Position numbers and translations under genes: made by a program
The notes under the pieces: generated by a model
What the model saw: the letters and a program-made list of their open reading frames with translations, nothing else
Told to the model about the DNA's origin: nothing
Databases searched by the model: none
In this document: positions 1 to 12,265 of the stretch, in pieces
Layout: each line of letters opens with the position of its first letter
How positions within the stretch are numbered: position 1 is the first letter of the stretch
DNA from: Candidatus Dormiibacterota bacterium
GTDB taxonomy: Bacteria > Chloroflexota > Limnocylindria > Limnocylindrales > CSP1-4
DNA length: 64,000 nucleotides
Assembly (NCBI GenBank): GCA_035631615.1
Contig: DASQIK010000016.1
Location: 64,577-128,576, forward strand
Direction of reading: 5' to 3'

Positions 1-66
1 GGACAGGCGCGCCCGGCGGTTCGGTCGTCGAGTCGTGCAGCGGGCCCGCCGCCTCCGAACGCCAGC

Positions 67-1470
67 GTGAACATCCTCCAGGTCAGTGCGTCCGACGGCG
101 GCGGTGGCGCCCACAAGATCGCGCTGGCGCTCCAGATGGGGCTCCGAGAGCGGGGTCATGGCTCCTGGATGGCCGTCGGGCGCCGGACGGTGGAGAACCC
201 GAACCTGTACCAGATCCCATCAGGCATTGCGCCTGGCCCGACGCGAGCTGTCTACGAAGCGGCGGCGCTGGCGCTCACGCCGCTTGTCGGGCGCGTGCGC
301 GGCGCCAGGCGCGCCCGGCTGGCGCTGCGTTCGGCCCATCCGCTCGAATACGCCCGCGCCCGCTGGTCGGGACGCGAGTACTTCGACTACCCGGGGAGCC
401 GCCGGATTCTCGAGATCCCACCGGCGAGGCCGGACGTGGTGCATCTCCACAACCTGCACACCGAGTACTTCGACCTCCGATCGCTCGCCGACCTGAGCAG
501 CACGGTGCCCGTCGCGCTGACCCTCCACGATGAGTGGACGTATACGGGTCACTGCGCCTACGGCATCGAGTGCGAGCGCTGGCGCGTCGGCTGCGGTGCC
601 TGCCCGGACCTGACCATCTACCCGTCCGTGCGCCGTGACGCGACCCACGAGAACTGGCTGGCCAAGCGCGCGATCTACGAGCAGAGCCGCCTGTATGTCA
701 GCGCGCCTTCGAGCTGGCTCCTCGACCGTGCCCGCGAATCCGTGCTGGCAACAGCCGCCGCAGACTGGCGCCTCATCCCCAATGGCGTGGACCTGCGCGT
801 CTTCCGGCCCGCCGAGAAGGCGCACGCCCGGGAGCTCCTTGGGCTGCCGCAGCAGCCACTCATCCTGCTGTTCGCCGCCAATCGGGCTCGCGCGAACCGG
901 TTCAAGGATTACGCGACGATCGCAGCGGCCACCGATCTGGTGGCGGCAGGACTGCGCAATCGCAACCTGCTGCTCATCGCCCTCGGCGGGGAAGGCCCGC
1001 CGCAGTTCCTTGCGAACGGCGAGCTCCGGGCGATGCCCTGGGAGCACGAGCCGGCACGCGTTGCGGCGTTCTACCAGGCGGCAGACGTCTATCTCCACGC
1101 TGCGAATGCAGACACGTTTCCGACGACCGTCCTGGAGGCGCTGGCCACCGGCACACCGGTCGTCGCCACGGCGGTGGGCGGCATCGATGAACAGGTCAGG
1201 AGCCTGGCCGGGGCCCCGGGTGCGTGGTCGGGTGCCGCGTTCGATGCCGATGTGGCGACGGGCGTCCTCGTGCCCCCGCACGATGCCGCAGGCATGGCTG
1301 CTGCGACGATCGCGTTGCTGGCCAACGACGCGCTGCGCGCGCAGCTCGGCGCGAATGCGGTGCGGGACGCGGCGACTCGGTTCGGGCTCGCCGGTCAGCT
1401 TGACGCGACGCTCGCCTGGTATGCCGACATCACGCGCGACTGGCGCGCGTGGCGCGCGACCTCCTCCTAG
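67..1470 (+). CDS. Glycosyltransferase, GT-B fold (GT4-like)
   Basis: 467-aa ORF with GTG start at 67. C-terminal 'FPTTVLEALATGTPVVATAVGGIDEQV' is the GT4/GT1 nucleotide-sugar binding region. Third codon positions are strongly G/C. Confidence 0.8.
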   Translation: MNILQVSASDGGGGAHKIALALQMGLRERGHGSWMAVGRRTVENPNLYQIPSGIAPGPTRAVYEAAALALTPLVGRVRGARRARLALRSAHPLEYARARWSGREYFDYPGSRRILEIPPARPDVVHLHNLHTEYFDLRSLADLSSTVPVALTLHDEWTYTGHCAYGIECERWRVGCGACPDLTIYPSVRRDATHENWLAKRAIYEQSRLYVSAPSSWLLDRARESVLATAAADWRLIPNGVDLRVFRPAEKAHARELLGLPQQPLILLFAANRARANRFKDYATIAAATDLVAAGLRNRNLLLIALGGEGPPQFLANGELRAMPWEHEPARVAAFYQAADVYLHAANADTFPTTVLEALATGTPVVATAVGGIDEQVRSLAGAPGAWSGAAFDADVATGVLVPPHDAAGMAAATIALLANDALRAQLGANAVRDAATRFGLAGQLDATLAWYADITRDWRAWRATSS

Positions 1471-3557
1471 CGAGGCAGCGCAGCGTCCAGCCGTGAGGTG
1501 AGCGCGGCCACGAACGGCCGGGTCAGGTGGTTCGTGTCCGCGTACACGACGTATCTGCCGATGATCGCGGGGCACGGGTCAGATGGGCAGGCCCACGCGG
1601 CGGCGTCGACGAACGTCGCTCCCGCCCCGGTGGCCGCCGCTCGTTCAGCGACGAGCCAGGCAGGATCAAGGGCAACGTCGCGCTGCAACGCACATCGGAT
1701 CACGTGATCCGCGTACCTGCTCAGGCAGTCAGCCGGGTCCCACGGCACCTGCGGCGTGTCGGCGATGACCACGACGCTGGCGCCGGTAGCCCGGAGGTCC
1801 GCCAGCGTCCGGGCTGCAGCCCCCTGCATCGCCGTGGTCGCTGCGCCGCCGGCGAGCACGACCCCGCCGACGATTGGCGGGGCGCGGTGATTGGCGGAGA
1901 CGATGACCATCGCCGGTCGGTCCGCGGCGATGCGGGCCAATGCCGTGCTCCGCCACGCGTCGCACACGGTCTTGGGACCGGAGACGCTCACGGTCGTGAC
2001 GTCGGCGTAGGTACAGCTGGTCTTGACGAGGACGACCACTTTCCAGTCGCGCTCGCGCGCGATCGACTCCACCGCGGGCCACCACTGGAGGACGTGCGAA
2101 TCGCCGAAGAGCACGACCTCGGTCTTCGAGGCCCGGTCGCCGAACGTGCACGGTCCATTGACCGTGCCCGAGGTCTGCAGCGAGCACGCCTCGGTGAACG
2201 GATTCTCGATGATCGTGCCCGCGTGCAGGTTCAGGAGCGAGGGCGTGGCATCGACCGGCAGCGGGCCATCCTGGGTGGGCCCGGTCGCCGGGATCAGGCC
2301 GGCGAGCGGGTCGCCACTGGGCGGCACCGCGGCCGCCGCCGCCGACGGTTCGAACCGGCGCACGGCGAACAGGCCGCCGCCCAGCGAGACGGCAACGAGG
2401 AGCACGGAGGCGATCAGGGCCGTCGCCAGATTCCTTGACGGTCGTCGCCCGATCAGCCGGCCGCGTCGCAGCGGATCCTCCACCCACCGGTACGTGATCG
2501 CCGCGAGCGGCACCGTCAGCCCGATGGCCACCGCGCCCTGGAGGCCGTCCGGGATCACGCCCTGGAGCGCGATCGCCCCGAAGACCAGCACCGGCCAATG
2601 CCACAGGTACAGCGAATATGAGATGCGGCCCACGTAGCGAAGCGGCGGCAGTGCGAGAACCCGGGCGGACCAGGAGCCGCCCGCACCCGCGCGGCCGGCA
2701 CCTTGGCCACCCGCGCCCGTGCCGCCCGCGATGACGAGCACGCTGCCCACGACCGGGACGAGCGCGGCGACACCCGGGAACGACGTCGACGACCCGAACG
2801 CCACCGCCGAGATCGCGATCATGGCCAGCCCAGCCGCGCCCGCAAGGTGGGCGGCGGCCAGGGGCATCGCCCGCAGTCGCGGCGCGCCCATCGCGAGCAG
2901 CGCCCCGGCCCCGAGCTCCCAGGCCCTCGTCGGCAGGAGGTAGAACGCGGCGTTCGCATGGCCGGGCGTGAAGACCACGGACAGCGCGACGGAAACGGCG
3001 ACAGCCAGGGCGACCAGCAGGGACATGCGCGGGCCGTGCCGTGCGGCGAGTCGATGCGCGACCAGCAGGAACGCCGGCCAGACGACGTAGAACTGCTCCT
3101 CGACACCGAGCGACCAGTAGTGGATGACGGGCGAGACGCGCGCAGGGTGGAAGTAGTCGGCGGTATCGCGTGCGAACACGATGTTCGGAACGTACGCGGC
3201 AGACGCGGCGATGTCGCGAACCGCGTGCCACAGGCCGATCGGCGAGAAGAACACGACGCACGCCACGAGCGTCACGACGAGCACCAGGAACGAAGCCGGA
3301 AGGATCCGGCGAGCCCGCCGCGCGTAGAACGCTCGAAGGTCAATCGTGCCGGACTGGCCGAGCTCCCTTGCGAGCAGTCCCGTGATCAGAAACCCGGAGA
3401 TCACGAAGAACACGTCGACGCCGACGTAGCCGCCTGGGACCGCGGACCAGCCCGCGTGGTAGAGCAGGATCAGGACCACCGCGACAGCCCGCAGGCCATC
3501 GATGTCGGGCCGATAGTCGAGAGCGCTCGCGCCCTCGGCAGGCGCTCCGGCGGTCAT
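1467..3557 (-). CDS. Acyltransferase family 3 membrane protein with C-terminal SGNH-like domain (OafA/YrhL-like glycan O-acyltransferase)
   Basis: ORF 1467..3644 trimmed to ATG 3557, which forms an ATGA overlap with the stop of the upstream gene. Carries the 'YRPDIDGLRAVAVVLILLYHAG' acyltransferase-3 signature and about 10 hydrophobic segments. Soluble C-terminal domain contains 'VVLFGDSHVLQWW'. Confidence 0.8.
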   Translation of the reverse strand: MTAGAPAEGASALDYRPDIDGLRAVAVVLILLYHAGWSAVPGGYVGVDVFFVISGFLITGLLARELGQSGTIDLRAFYARRARRILPASFLVLVVTLVACVVFFSPIGLWHAVRDIAASAAYVPNIVFARDTADYFHPARVSPVIHYWSLGVEEQFYVVWPAFLLVAHRLAARHGPRMSLLVALAVAVSVALSVVFTPGHANAAFYLLPTRAWELGAGALLAMGAPRLRAMPLAAAHLAGAAGLAMIAISAVAFGSSTSFPGVAALVPVVGSVLVIAGGTGAGGQGAGRAGAGGSWSARVLALPPLRYVGRISYSLYLWHWPVLVFGAIALQGVIPDGLQGAVAIGLTVPLAAITYRWVEDPLRRGRLIGRRPSRNLATALIASVLLVAVSLGGGLFAVRRFEPSAAAAAVPPSGDPLAGLIPATGPTQDGPLPVDATPSLLNLHAGTIIENPFTEACSLQTSGTVNGPCTFGDRASKTEVVLFGDSHVLQWWPAVESIARERDWKVVVLVKTSCTYADVTTVSVSGPKTVCDAWRSTALARIAADRPAMVIVSANHRAPPIVGGVVLAGGAATTAMQGAAARTLADLRATGASVVVIADTPQVPWDPADCLSRYADHVIRCALQRDVALDPAWLVAERAAATGAGATFVDAAAWACPSDPCPAIIGRYVVYADTNHLTRPFVAALTSRLDAALPR

Positions 3558-4540
3558 TCGGCCGATCGAAGGCCGCGGTGTCGCTCGAGGTCTGCGTCGA
3601 CCATCATCCCGATGAGCTGCTCGAATGACACATCCTGCCGCCACCCGAGCTCGGTCCTCGCGCGCGTCGAGTCACCAACGAGCCGGAATGTCTCTGCCGG
3701 CCGGACGAAGTTTGGATCGATCACGACGTACCGCTCGTAATCCAGCCCGACATGCGCAAAGGCGGTCCGGACGAGGTCCAGGACGGTGTGCGCAACGCCG
3801 GACGAGATGATGTAGTCGCGCGGTGTCTCCTGCTGCAGCATCAGACACATCGCCCGCACGTAATCACCGGCGAACCCCCAATCGCGAACCGCGTCGAGGC
3901 TTCCCATCTGCAGCGAATCCGCGAGGCCGAGCGAGATCCGGGCGACGCCGTCGCTGACCTTCCGGCTCACGAACTCGAGCCCGCGCCGGGGCGACTCGTG
4001 GTTGTACAGGATGCCGCACACCGCGAACAGGCCCATGCCCTCCCGGGCGTTGACGGTGCTGAAGTGTCCGAATGCCTTCGCCGCCCCGTAGGGATTCCGA
4101 GGATTGAGCGGCGTCGTCTCGGTCTGCGGCGTCTCCCGCGCGTTGCCGAAGATTTCGCTCGAAGAGGCCTGGTAGAAGCGGATCGTCGGGTCCGTGGTCC
4201 GGATTGCCTCGAGCAGTCTCGGCGCCGCCAGCCCGGTGACCTCGCCCAGGAGATCCGGCCGGTCCCACGATGTCGGGACGAAGCTGTGGCCGGCCAGGTT
4301 GTAGACCTCACCGGGCCGCACTGCGCCGAGAACAGCGGCGATGTCGGCCTCGTCGAGGAGGTCCACGTCCACGAGCTCGATCCGATCGAGCAGGTGCCGG
4401 ATCCGCTCCGGGACCGCGGTGCCTCGGCGCACGCCGACGACCCGGTAGCCCTGGCCGAGCAGGTGTTCGGCCAGGTACGAGCCGTCCTGACCACCGATCC
4501 CGGTGATGAGGGCGGTTCGACGCTCCTCGTTGTGCGGCAT
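3554..4540 (-). CDS. GDP-mannose 4,6-dehydratase family protein (short paralogue)
   Basis: 328 aa. '[19 protein letters not shown]', 'YQASSSEIFG', 'NPYGAAK', '[10 protein letters not shown]' and 'RDWGFAGDYV' are Gmd hallmarks. Clearly paralogous to the longer gmd at 7914..8945. Confidence 0.8.
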   Translation of the reverse strand: MPHNEERRTALITGIGGQDGSYLAEHLLGQGYRVVGVRRGTAVPERIRHLLDRIELVDVDLLDEADIAAVLGAVRPGEVYNLAGHSFVPTSWDRPDLLGEVTGLAAPRLLEAIRTTDPTIRFYQASSSEIFGNARETPQTETTPLNPRNPYGAAKAFGHFSTVNAREGMGLFAVCGILYNHESPRRGLEFVSRKVSDGVARISLGLADSLQMGSLDAVRDWGFAGDYVRAMCLMLQQETPRDYIISSGVAHTVLDLVRTAFAHVGLDYERYVVIDPNFVRPAETFRLVGDSTRARTELGWRQDVSFEQLIGMMVDADLERHRGLRSAE

Positions 4541-4543
4541 CGA

Positions 4544-5851
4544 TCAGACCAGCGGCTCTGCGGCGAGCAGCTTGATCTCGCTCCCGTCCAGCCGGCGACC
4601 GCCGAGGCGCCGATAGTGCGCGCGCAGCGTCAGCGCCGTCGTCCGCCAGTCGAACTGGCGGAACCGGGCCCGGCCACGTTCGGCGAGCTCGGTCCGGAGA
4701 TTGGCGTCCGTCCACAGCCGTTCGATCGCCGACGCGATGGCGGCCGGGTCCAGCGGGTCGAACACCAGCGCGGCGTCTCCCACGAGAGCGGGCAGGGACG
4801 TCACGTTGGAGCACGCAACCGGGAGACCGGACCAGAAGGCCTCCACGATCGGCAGCCCCCAGCCCTCATAGAGCGTGGGGAAGATGAGGCAGGTGGCGCG
4901 TCGGTAGACGAGTTGGATCTCCGCGGGGCTGAGGAACCCGAGGAACCGGACCTGACCGTCGATGCCGAGCTCGTGAGCGAGCTCTACGAGCCGCGCGTAG
5001 CGCTGATTCCGGTGGCCCGAGCAGATGAGCGGCACGTCGATCCCGCGGCGTCGCAGCTGGCCGAGTGCATCGAGCAGGCGCTCGTGGTTCTTGTGGCCCC
5101 ACGTCTGCGCGGGGTAGAACGCGTAGCGATCCGGAAGGTCGAGACGGGCGGCGATCGCACGCTCCTCGTCTGCCGTCGGGACGGGATACGCCTCCGTGAC
5201 GGGCGGCGGATTCACCACGGCGATGCGCTCCGGTGCGAGGCCGTAGCTCGCGACGAGATCGTCCTTCACCCAGCGCGTCGCAACCACGATCAGTGAGGCC
5301 TGCGCGCAGAACCGGCGATACGTCGCGTCCCGATCCCGAAGGACCTCCGGATCGAAGAACTCGGGCAGGTGGACGTGCTGGAGGTCCCACGGCTGGTAGA
5401 TGTTCGGCAGCGCGGTCGATGAGGCGGAGGGTCTCGTGAAGTGCACGATGTCCGCGCGGACGGTCCGCATCGTCCGATCGAACGGGGACGGCAGCCGCCA
5501 GCCCGCGCTGCGGGCCATGCTGCGCCAGACGCTCCGCGCGAAGCGGCGGGCGCGTGCGGACGTCGTTTCGATCCCGCGTCGCATCGGAGCGCTGGATGCC
5601 CCCGCCGTCGACGAGGTCGCCCCGGGCATGGCGGGCTGGACCACCAGGCTCGACCGTCCCTTGAGATACGGGCGCAACCATTCGCCCTGTCCCTCGTTGA
5701 CCAGGAAGAGGTACTCCTCGGTCTCGTCGTCCAGGCCGGACAGCGCCGCCGCAAGGCCGATGACCCATTGTTGGACGCCACCGCTCCCGACGCCCATCCG
5801 CGCATCGATCACCACCCGGAGCGGCCGGCGTCTCCGATGGATGTCGAGCAA
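4544..5851 (-). CDS. Glycosyltransferase, GT-B fold (GT4-like)
   Basis: 'EGWGLPIVEAFWSGLPVACSNVTSLPALVGDAALVFDP' matches the GT4 C-terminal domain. The ORF runs to 6019 but that would overlap fcl. Start placed at TTG 5851, 2 nt after the fcl stop; ATG 5797 is the alternative. Confidence 0.7.
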   Translation of the reverse strand: MLDIHRRRRPLRVVIDARMGVGSGGVQQWVIGLAAALSGLDDETEEYLFLVNEGQGEWLRPYLKGRSSLVVQPAMPGATSSTAGASSAPMRRGIETTSARARRFARSVWRSMARSAGWRLPSPFDRTMRTVRADIVHFTRPSASSTALPNIYQPWDLQHVHLPEFFDPEVLRDRDATYRRFCAQASLIVVATRWVKDDLVASYGLAPERIAVVNPPPVTEAYPVPTADEERAIAARLDLPDRYAFYPAQTWGHKNHERLLDALGQLRRRGIDVPLICSGHRNQRYARLVELAHELGIDGQVRFLGFLSPAEIQLVYRRATCLIFPTLYEGWGLPIVEAFWSGLPVACSNVTSLPALVGDAALVFDPLDPAAIASAIERLWTDANLRTELAERGRARFRQFDWRTTALTLRAHYRRLGGRRLDGSEIKLLAAEPLV

Positions 5852-5852
5852 G

Positions 5853-7913
<2,061 letters not shown>

Positions 7914-7917
<4 letters not shown>

Positions 7918-8945
7918 GGTTTGCTGGTGGCCACCGCCGGCGCGCGCATGACCGTCGCCGGGTCGATCCCGGCCTCGCGCAGGTCTGCCTCGAGCATCAG
8001 CCAGACGAGGCCGTGGAACGTCGTCCGGGGCTCCCAGCCGAGCACGCGCTCGGCCTTGGAGGCGTCGCCGCGCAGGGCGTCGACCTCGGTCGCGCGGAAG
8101 TAGCGCTGGTCGATGCGGACGTGGTCCTGCCAGTCGAGCCCGACCAGGCTGAAGGCGACCTCGACGAGCTCCTGGACCGAGTGCGTCTCGCCGGTCGCGA
8201 TCACGTAGTCGTCCGGCGAGTCCTGCTGGACGATCCGCCACATCGCCTCGACGTACTCCTTGGCGTAGCCCCAGTCACGGCGCGCCTCGAGGTTGCCCAT
8301 GTACAGGTGTTGCTCCTGGCCGCCGATGATCGAGGCGATGCCGCGGGTGACCTTGCGCGTCACGAAGGTGCCGCCGCGGCGCGGCGATTCGTGGTTGAAC
8401 AGGATCCCGTTCGAGGCGTGCATGCTGTACGCGTCGCGGTACTGGATGGTCATCCAGTGGGCGAAGACCTTCGCGATCGCGTATGGGCTGCGCGGGTGGA
8501 AGGGCGTCGTCTCGGACTGCGGCGGCGGCGTGCTGCCGAACATCTCGCTCGACCCGGCCTGGTAGAACCGGATCGGCGAGTCGACGGAGCGGATCGCCTC
8601 GAGCAGTCGCAGCGTGCCCATGCCCGCACTGTCCGCGGTGAACTCGGGGACCTCGAAGCTGACCTTGACGTGGCTCTGGGCGCCCAGGTTGTAGACCTCG
8701 TCGGGCTTGATCCGGTGGAGGTGCGAGAACAGCGACGACGGATCGGTCAGGTCTGCGTAGTGCAGGAAGAGCCGCGTCTCGTGTTCGTGAGGGTCCTTGT
8801 AGAGGTGGTCGATACGGCCCGTCGTGAACGAGCTCGAGCGGCGGATCAGGCCGTGGACCTCGTAGCCCTTCTCGAGCAGGAGCTCGGCGAGATACGAGCC
8901 GTCCTGGCCGGTGATCCCGGTGATCAGTGCCTTTCGGGTGGTCAT
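7914..8945 (-). CDS. gmd: GDP-mannose 4,6-dehydratase
   Basis: '[44 protein letters not shown]', '[10 protein letters not shown]', 'SPYAIAK' and '[10 protein letters not shown]' are canonical Gmd motifs. Confidence 0.9.
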
Positions 8946-8960
8946 GTCGGCCGATTGTAG

Positions 8961-9218
8961 GTGCCGGACGCCTCAGCCAAGGTGCTACCGTCCGGCCGCG
9001 TGGCCACGAGCACCTTCGGACTCCGCACGTTGGAGCGGCCGGCGTTCCGCCGGATCCTGATCGTCGCGCTGGTCGCGATCGTTGGGACGTTCAGGGTGCG
9101 GCAGACGCTCGGGTACCTGATCCTGCTGGTTGCGCTCATCCGCGTGTCGATTGGCGCTCGGCGACGGCAGGGCGGTGGCATCGCCGAAGACAAGCTCCCG
9201 ATGGCGGCCGCGGGATGA
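8961..9218 (+). CDS. Small two-helix membrane protein (hypothetical)
   Basis: 85-aa ORF not overlapped by any other call. Two hydrophobic helices ('[13 protein letters not shown]', '[16 protein letters not shown]'). Only 11 of 85 codons end in A/T by hand count, which is coding-like. Its TGA overlaps the ATG of the next gene (ATGA at 9215..9218). The true start may be internal, e.g. TTG 9030. Confidence 0.45.
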   Translation: MPDASAKVLPSGRVATSTFGLRTLERPAFRRILIVALVAIVGTFRVRQTLGYLILLVALIRVSIGARRRQGGGIAEDKLPMAAAG

Positions 9219-10435
9219 GCTCGGTCTACGGGCTCCGGCTCCTGGCCAAACCGCGGGTCCGGCTCACGATCGTCGTGCTGATCGCGGCGATCGTCGTGGC
9301 CTATCGCGCGTTCCAGCTCGCCTACCTGACGACGCAGCCGCAATGGGGCTACGACCTGTCGTTCTACTGGACGGCGGCGCAGCACCTGATCCACGGCGAG
9401 CCGATCTACTCGCTCGCCCAGCTCAGCGGCCCGTACGCGCCCCAGGGCCAGGACGGGTTCCTCTACCCGCCGCCGTTCGCGGCCGTGATGATCCCGCTCG
9501 CGGCGCTCACGCCCGACGCCCGCGCGGCCGAGTGGATCTGGAGCGCGCTCGGCGTCGCGGTCCTGGTGACCTCGGTGCTGGCGCTCGCCCGCTCGGAGCG
9601 GATTGGCGAGCGGCTTGCGATGCTCCGGGGCCGTGGCCGGTGGCTGCTGGTGGCGGCCGCGCTCGCCTTCCCGCCCGTGATCGGTGAGCTGTCGATCGGC
9701 AACGTGCACCTGCTGCTGCTGAGCCTGTTCACGCTGGCGTGGCTCGGGATCCGGCGCCGAGATGTGGCCGGCGACGCGATGGCGGGGTTCGGCCTGGGCG
9801 CGGCGGCGCTGATCAAGGTGTTTCCAGGGGTGCTGTTGCTGTGGCTGGTCGCGACGCGCCGCTATCGGGCGGCCGTGGCCATGGTCGGCGCCGGCGTGGC
9901 GCTCGTGCTCGTGACGCTGCCGTTCACCGGGATCGAGCCGTGGCTCCAGTACCCGCGCGTCCTCGGCAACCTCTCGGCGGTGTACGACACGACCGACACG
10001 ATCTCACCCGCGATCTGGCTCGCGCCGTACCTCGGCTTCACGACGGCGCGATGGCTCGTGCTCGGGATCGGCGTGGTCATCGTCGTGTGGTCGGCGCTTC
10101 GCGGCGGGCGGGAGCCCGTGCCGGCGATCAGCTTCGCCACGGCCGTGGTCGTCTCCGTGCTGATTGCCCCGAACATCTTCCACCACTACCTGGCGATCTT
10201 CGTGCTGCCGATGATCCTCGGCCTGGCCGCCGGGGTCCCGCTGCCCTGGCTCGCGTTTGCCTACCTGCTCATGTCCGGAGGACAGCAGCCCGCGCTCGGC
10301 GAGCTCGCGTGGATCGTCAATCGGGTGCTGCCCACGACGGGGACGCTGGTGCTGCTGGGCTCGCTGTTGCTCGCTCGGGTGCGTGCGAGACCGGAGGAGC
10401 CCCAGAGCCGGACCGCGGCCCCAACTTCCCCCTGA
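9215..10435 (+). CDS. GT87/DUF2029-family polytopic membrane glycosyltransferase (PimE-like, polyprenyl-phosphate-sugar dependent)
   Basis: ORF 8927..10435 trimmed to ATG 9215. 'WGYDLSFYWTAAQHLIHGEPIYS...GFLYPPPFAAVMIPLA' is the DUF2029/GT87 N-terminal signature. About 11 TM helices. Confidence 0.7.
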   Translation: MSSVYGLRLLAKPRVRLTIVVLIAAIVVAYRAFQLAYLTTQPQWGYDLSFYWTAAQHLIHGEPIYSLAQLSGPYAPQGQDGFLYPPPFAAVMIPLAALTPDARAAEWIWSALGVAVLVTSVLALARSERIGERLAMLRGRGRWLLVAAALAFPPVIGELSIGNVHLLLLSLFTLAWLGIRRRDVAGDAMAGFGLGAAALIKVFPGVLLLWLVATRRYRAAVAMVGAGVALVLVTLPFTGIEPWLQYPRVLGNLSAVYDTTDTISPAIWLAPYLGFTTARWLVLGIGVVIVVWSALRGGREPVPAISFATAVVVSVLIAPNIFHHYLAIFVLPMILGLAAGVPLPWLAFAYLLMSGGQQPALGELAWIVNRVLPTTGTLVLLGSLLLARVRARPEEPQSRTAAPTSP

Positions 10436-10488
10436 GCCTCGAGACCGCGCCGAGCGCGGCGCGCGGGACTCGAGACATGCGATCCACC

Positions 10489-11442
10489 TTACTCAGCGGG
10501 CTCGTGCGCGACGCTGTTCGACGCGCTGTCCTGCGGCCCGGCAAGCCGATCCACGACCACCTGGCCCACGAGGCCGGCTACGACCAGCACCGGCGTTGCC
10601 GCGCTGAGCGCGATAGCCATGACCGGCATCTCGGCGAGGACGGGCATCGCGATCGACGCGTAGTGCAGCTGAGCGTCCGGCCACAGGGCGGGCACGAGCA
10701 ACCATCCAGCCCGTCGCCGGCCGATCAGGACGAGCAGCACCCCGGCGAACGGGACGAGCAAGGGGACTGCCGTCGCCGAAAGGCCGCCGTTGGACTGGAT
10801 GGCCAGGAGTAGGGCGACATGGTCGCGGTCGGACACGAAGTTCGGCCAGGCGACCAGAGGTGCCGAAATGGCGATCACGAGCGCGCCAACGAGCAGCCCG
10901 CGCCACCGCCCGGCGCTGACCAGCGGCAGGATCGCGTAGGCGCGGGTCGCGACGGCGAGTGCGTCTGCCGCCGCCCCGCCACGCACCAGGAGCGCCAACA
11001 TCGGAAGGGCCGAGCTCCCGGCGGCGATGCCGAGCACGGTTGGTGGAAAGAGGAGCCACCACACCGGCAGTCGCAGGTGATGGATTGCGTACACCGCCGA
11101 GATGAAGGCAATCCCGACGCCAAGCCAGCCGACGACCACGTCGGGCAGCCAGGCAAGTGCCAGGTAGGGGATCAGACTTGGCGGTGGGGCCGCGAAGCCC
11201 GTCTGGAAGGCTTGCACGTGCCAGGGATCGGCGCCAGCGACGAGGGCTCGTGCGGCCGTGGTGTAGATGATCGCGTCCATGCCGATCGGGTCCTTGAGGC
11301 CATCGAGAATCGGCCGGACGATCATCGCCCCCGACAGGAACATGAACCAGAAGATCAGGATCGCATCGACAATCCTGATCCGACCGTTGCGGATGATCGG
11401 GCGGACAAGAAACCGGGCAATCCCATCCAATGGCGGCTTCAT
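10489..11442 (-). CDS. Short polytopic membrane protein, GT-C/GT87-like (paralogue of 19643..20563)
   Basis: ORF trimmed to ATG 11442. 'IIYTTAARALVAGADPWHV', 'PPPSLIPYLALAWLP', 'LPVWWLLFPP' and 'LVPALWPDAQLHY' align with the same blocks in the 19643 gene. About 9 TM helices. Confidence 0.55.
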   Translation of the reverse strand: MKPPLDGIARFLVRPIIRNGRIRIVDAILIFWFMFLSGAMIVRPILDGLKDPIGMDAIIYTTAARALVAGADPWHVQAFQTGFAAPPPSLIPYLALAWLPDVVVGWLGVGIAFISAVYAIHHLRLPVWWLLFPPTVLGIAAGSSALPMLALLVRGGAAADALAVATRAYAILPLVSAGRWRGLLVGALVIAISAPLVAWPNFVSDRDHVALLLAIQSNGGLSATAVPLLVPFAGVLLVLIGRRRAGWLLVPALWPDAQLHYASIAMPVLAEMPVMAIALSAATPVLVVAGLVGQVVVDRLAGPQDSASNSVAHEPAE

Positions 11443-11503
11443 GACGCGGCATCGTGGGGGGATGCCTCCGGATAGGCAAGCCTCGGCCGGTACACTCCCG
11501 GCG

Positions 11504-12265
11504 ATGCCGTCGCCCACCGGTAGCGCCCCGACCAGCCTCACGCTCGTCCTGCCGGCCTACAACGAGGCGAAGCGGATCGGCCCAGCGCTCGACGACCTGA
11601 TGGCGTACCTGCGCACGCGGCCTGCCGATCTCCCGATGACCGACGTCCTCGTCGTCGACGACGGCAGCTCGGACGAGACGGCCGCTTTGGTTGCGTCCCG
11701 ACCCGAGGTCGTCGACGGCCTGCTGCGCGTGATGAGCGTGCCGCACGCCGGCAAGGGCGCCGCCGTTCGCGCCGGGGTGCTGGCCGCGACCGGTGATCTC
11801 ATCGTCTTCGCCGACGCCGACATGGCGACCCCGCCGCCGGAGCTGGTGAAGCTCGTTGCCGCGCTCTCGACCGCCGACGTCGCGCTCGGCAGCCGGATCC
11901 AGCCGGACGGCACCGACATGCGCGCCTCGCAGCCGCGGTACAGGCGGTTCCTCGGCGGGGTGTTCCACACGCTGGCCTCGGTGTGGGTCGTGGGCAACGT
12001 CAAGGACACCCAGGCGGGGTTCAAGGGCTTCACCAACGAGGCGGCGCACGACCTGTTCGCCCGGCAGAAGGTGACCTCGATCGTGTTCGACGTCGAGCTC
12101 ATCCACCTCGCACGCCGGCGGGGGTACCGCATCGCGATCGTGCCGATCCGCTGGGAGGACGTGCGCGGCTCACGCATGCGGCCCGGCCCGCGGCTTGCCC
12201 TGCGCGTCGCCTGGGACCTCTTCCGAATCCCGCTCCTGCACCGCGACGTCCGCCGGCGGCCGTGA
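11504..12265 (+). CDS. GT2 glycosyltransferase, polyprenyl/dolichyl-phosphate sugar synthase-like
   Basis: 'LTLVLPAYNEAKRIGPALDDL', 'VLVVDDGSSDET', 'IVFADADMATPP' and 'DTQAGFKGF' are typical DPM1/Ppm1-like GT2 motifs. Start placed at ATG 11504 inside ORF 11267..12265. Confidence 0.8.
   Translation: MPSPTGSAPTSLTLVLPAYNEAKRIGPALDDLMAYLRTRPADLPMTDVLVVDDGSSDETAALVASRPEVVDGLLRVMSVPHAGKGAAVRAGVLAATGDLIVFADADMATPPPELVKLVAALSTADVALGSRIQPDGTDMRASQPRYRRFLGGVFHTLASVWVVGNVKDTQAGFKGFTNEAAHDLFARQKVTSIVFDVELIHLARRRGYRIAIVPIRWEDVRGSRMRPGPRLALRVAWDLFRIPLLHRDVRRRP

Noticed and set aside
220-1575. Long antisense or off-frame ORFs throughout the track. Examples: 220..1575(-), 1729..3261(-), 3752..5296(+), 5400..6815(+), 6646..8103(+), 7875..8960(+), 10493..12106(-), 11557..13143(-), 14080..15522(-), 23094..24071(-), 26780..28441(+), 27450..29390(-), 43338..45368(-), 43661..45613(+), 46302..48206(-), 48650..50317(-), 52624..55041(+), 52892..54616(-), 54369..56087(+).
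   Set aside because: Their products are Arg/Pro/Gly/Ala-rich low-complexity strings typical of wrong-frame translation of about 70% GC DNA. Each is fully shadowed by an ORF with recognisable family motifs on the other strand or frame.
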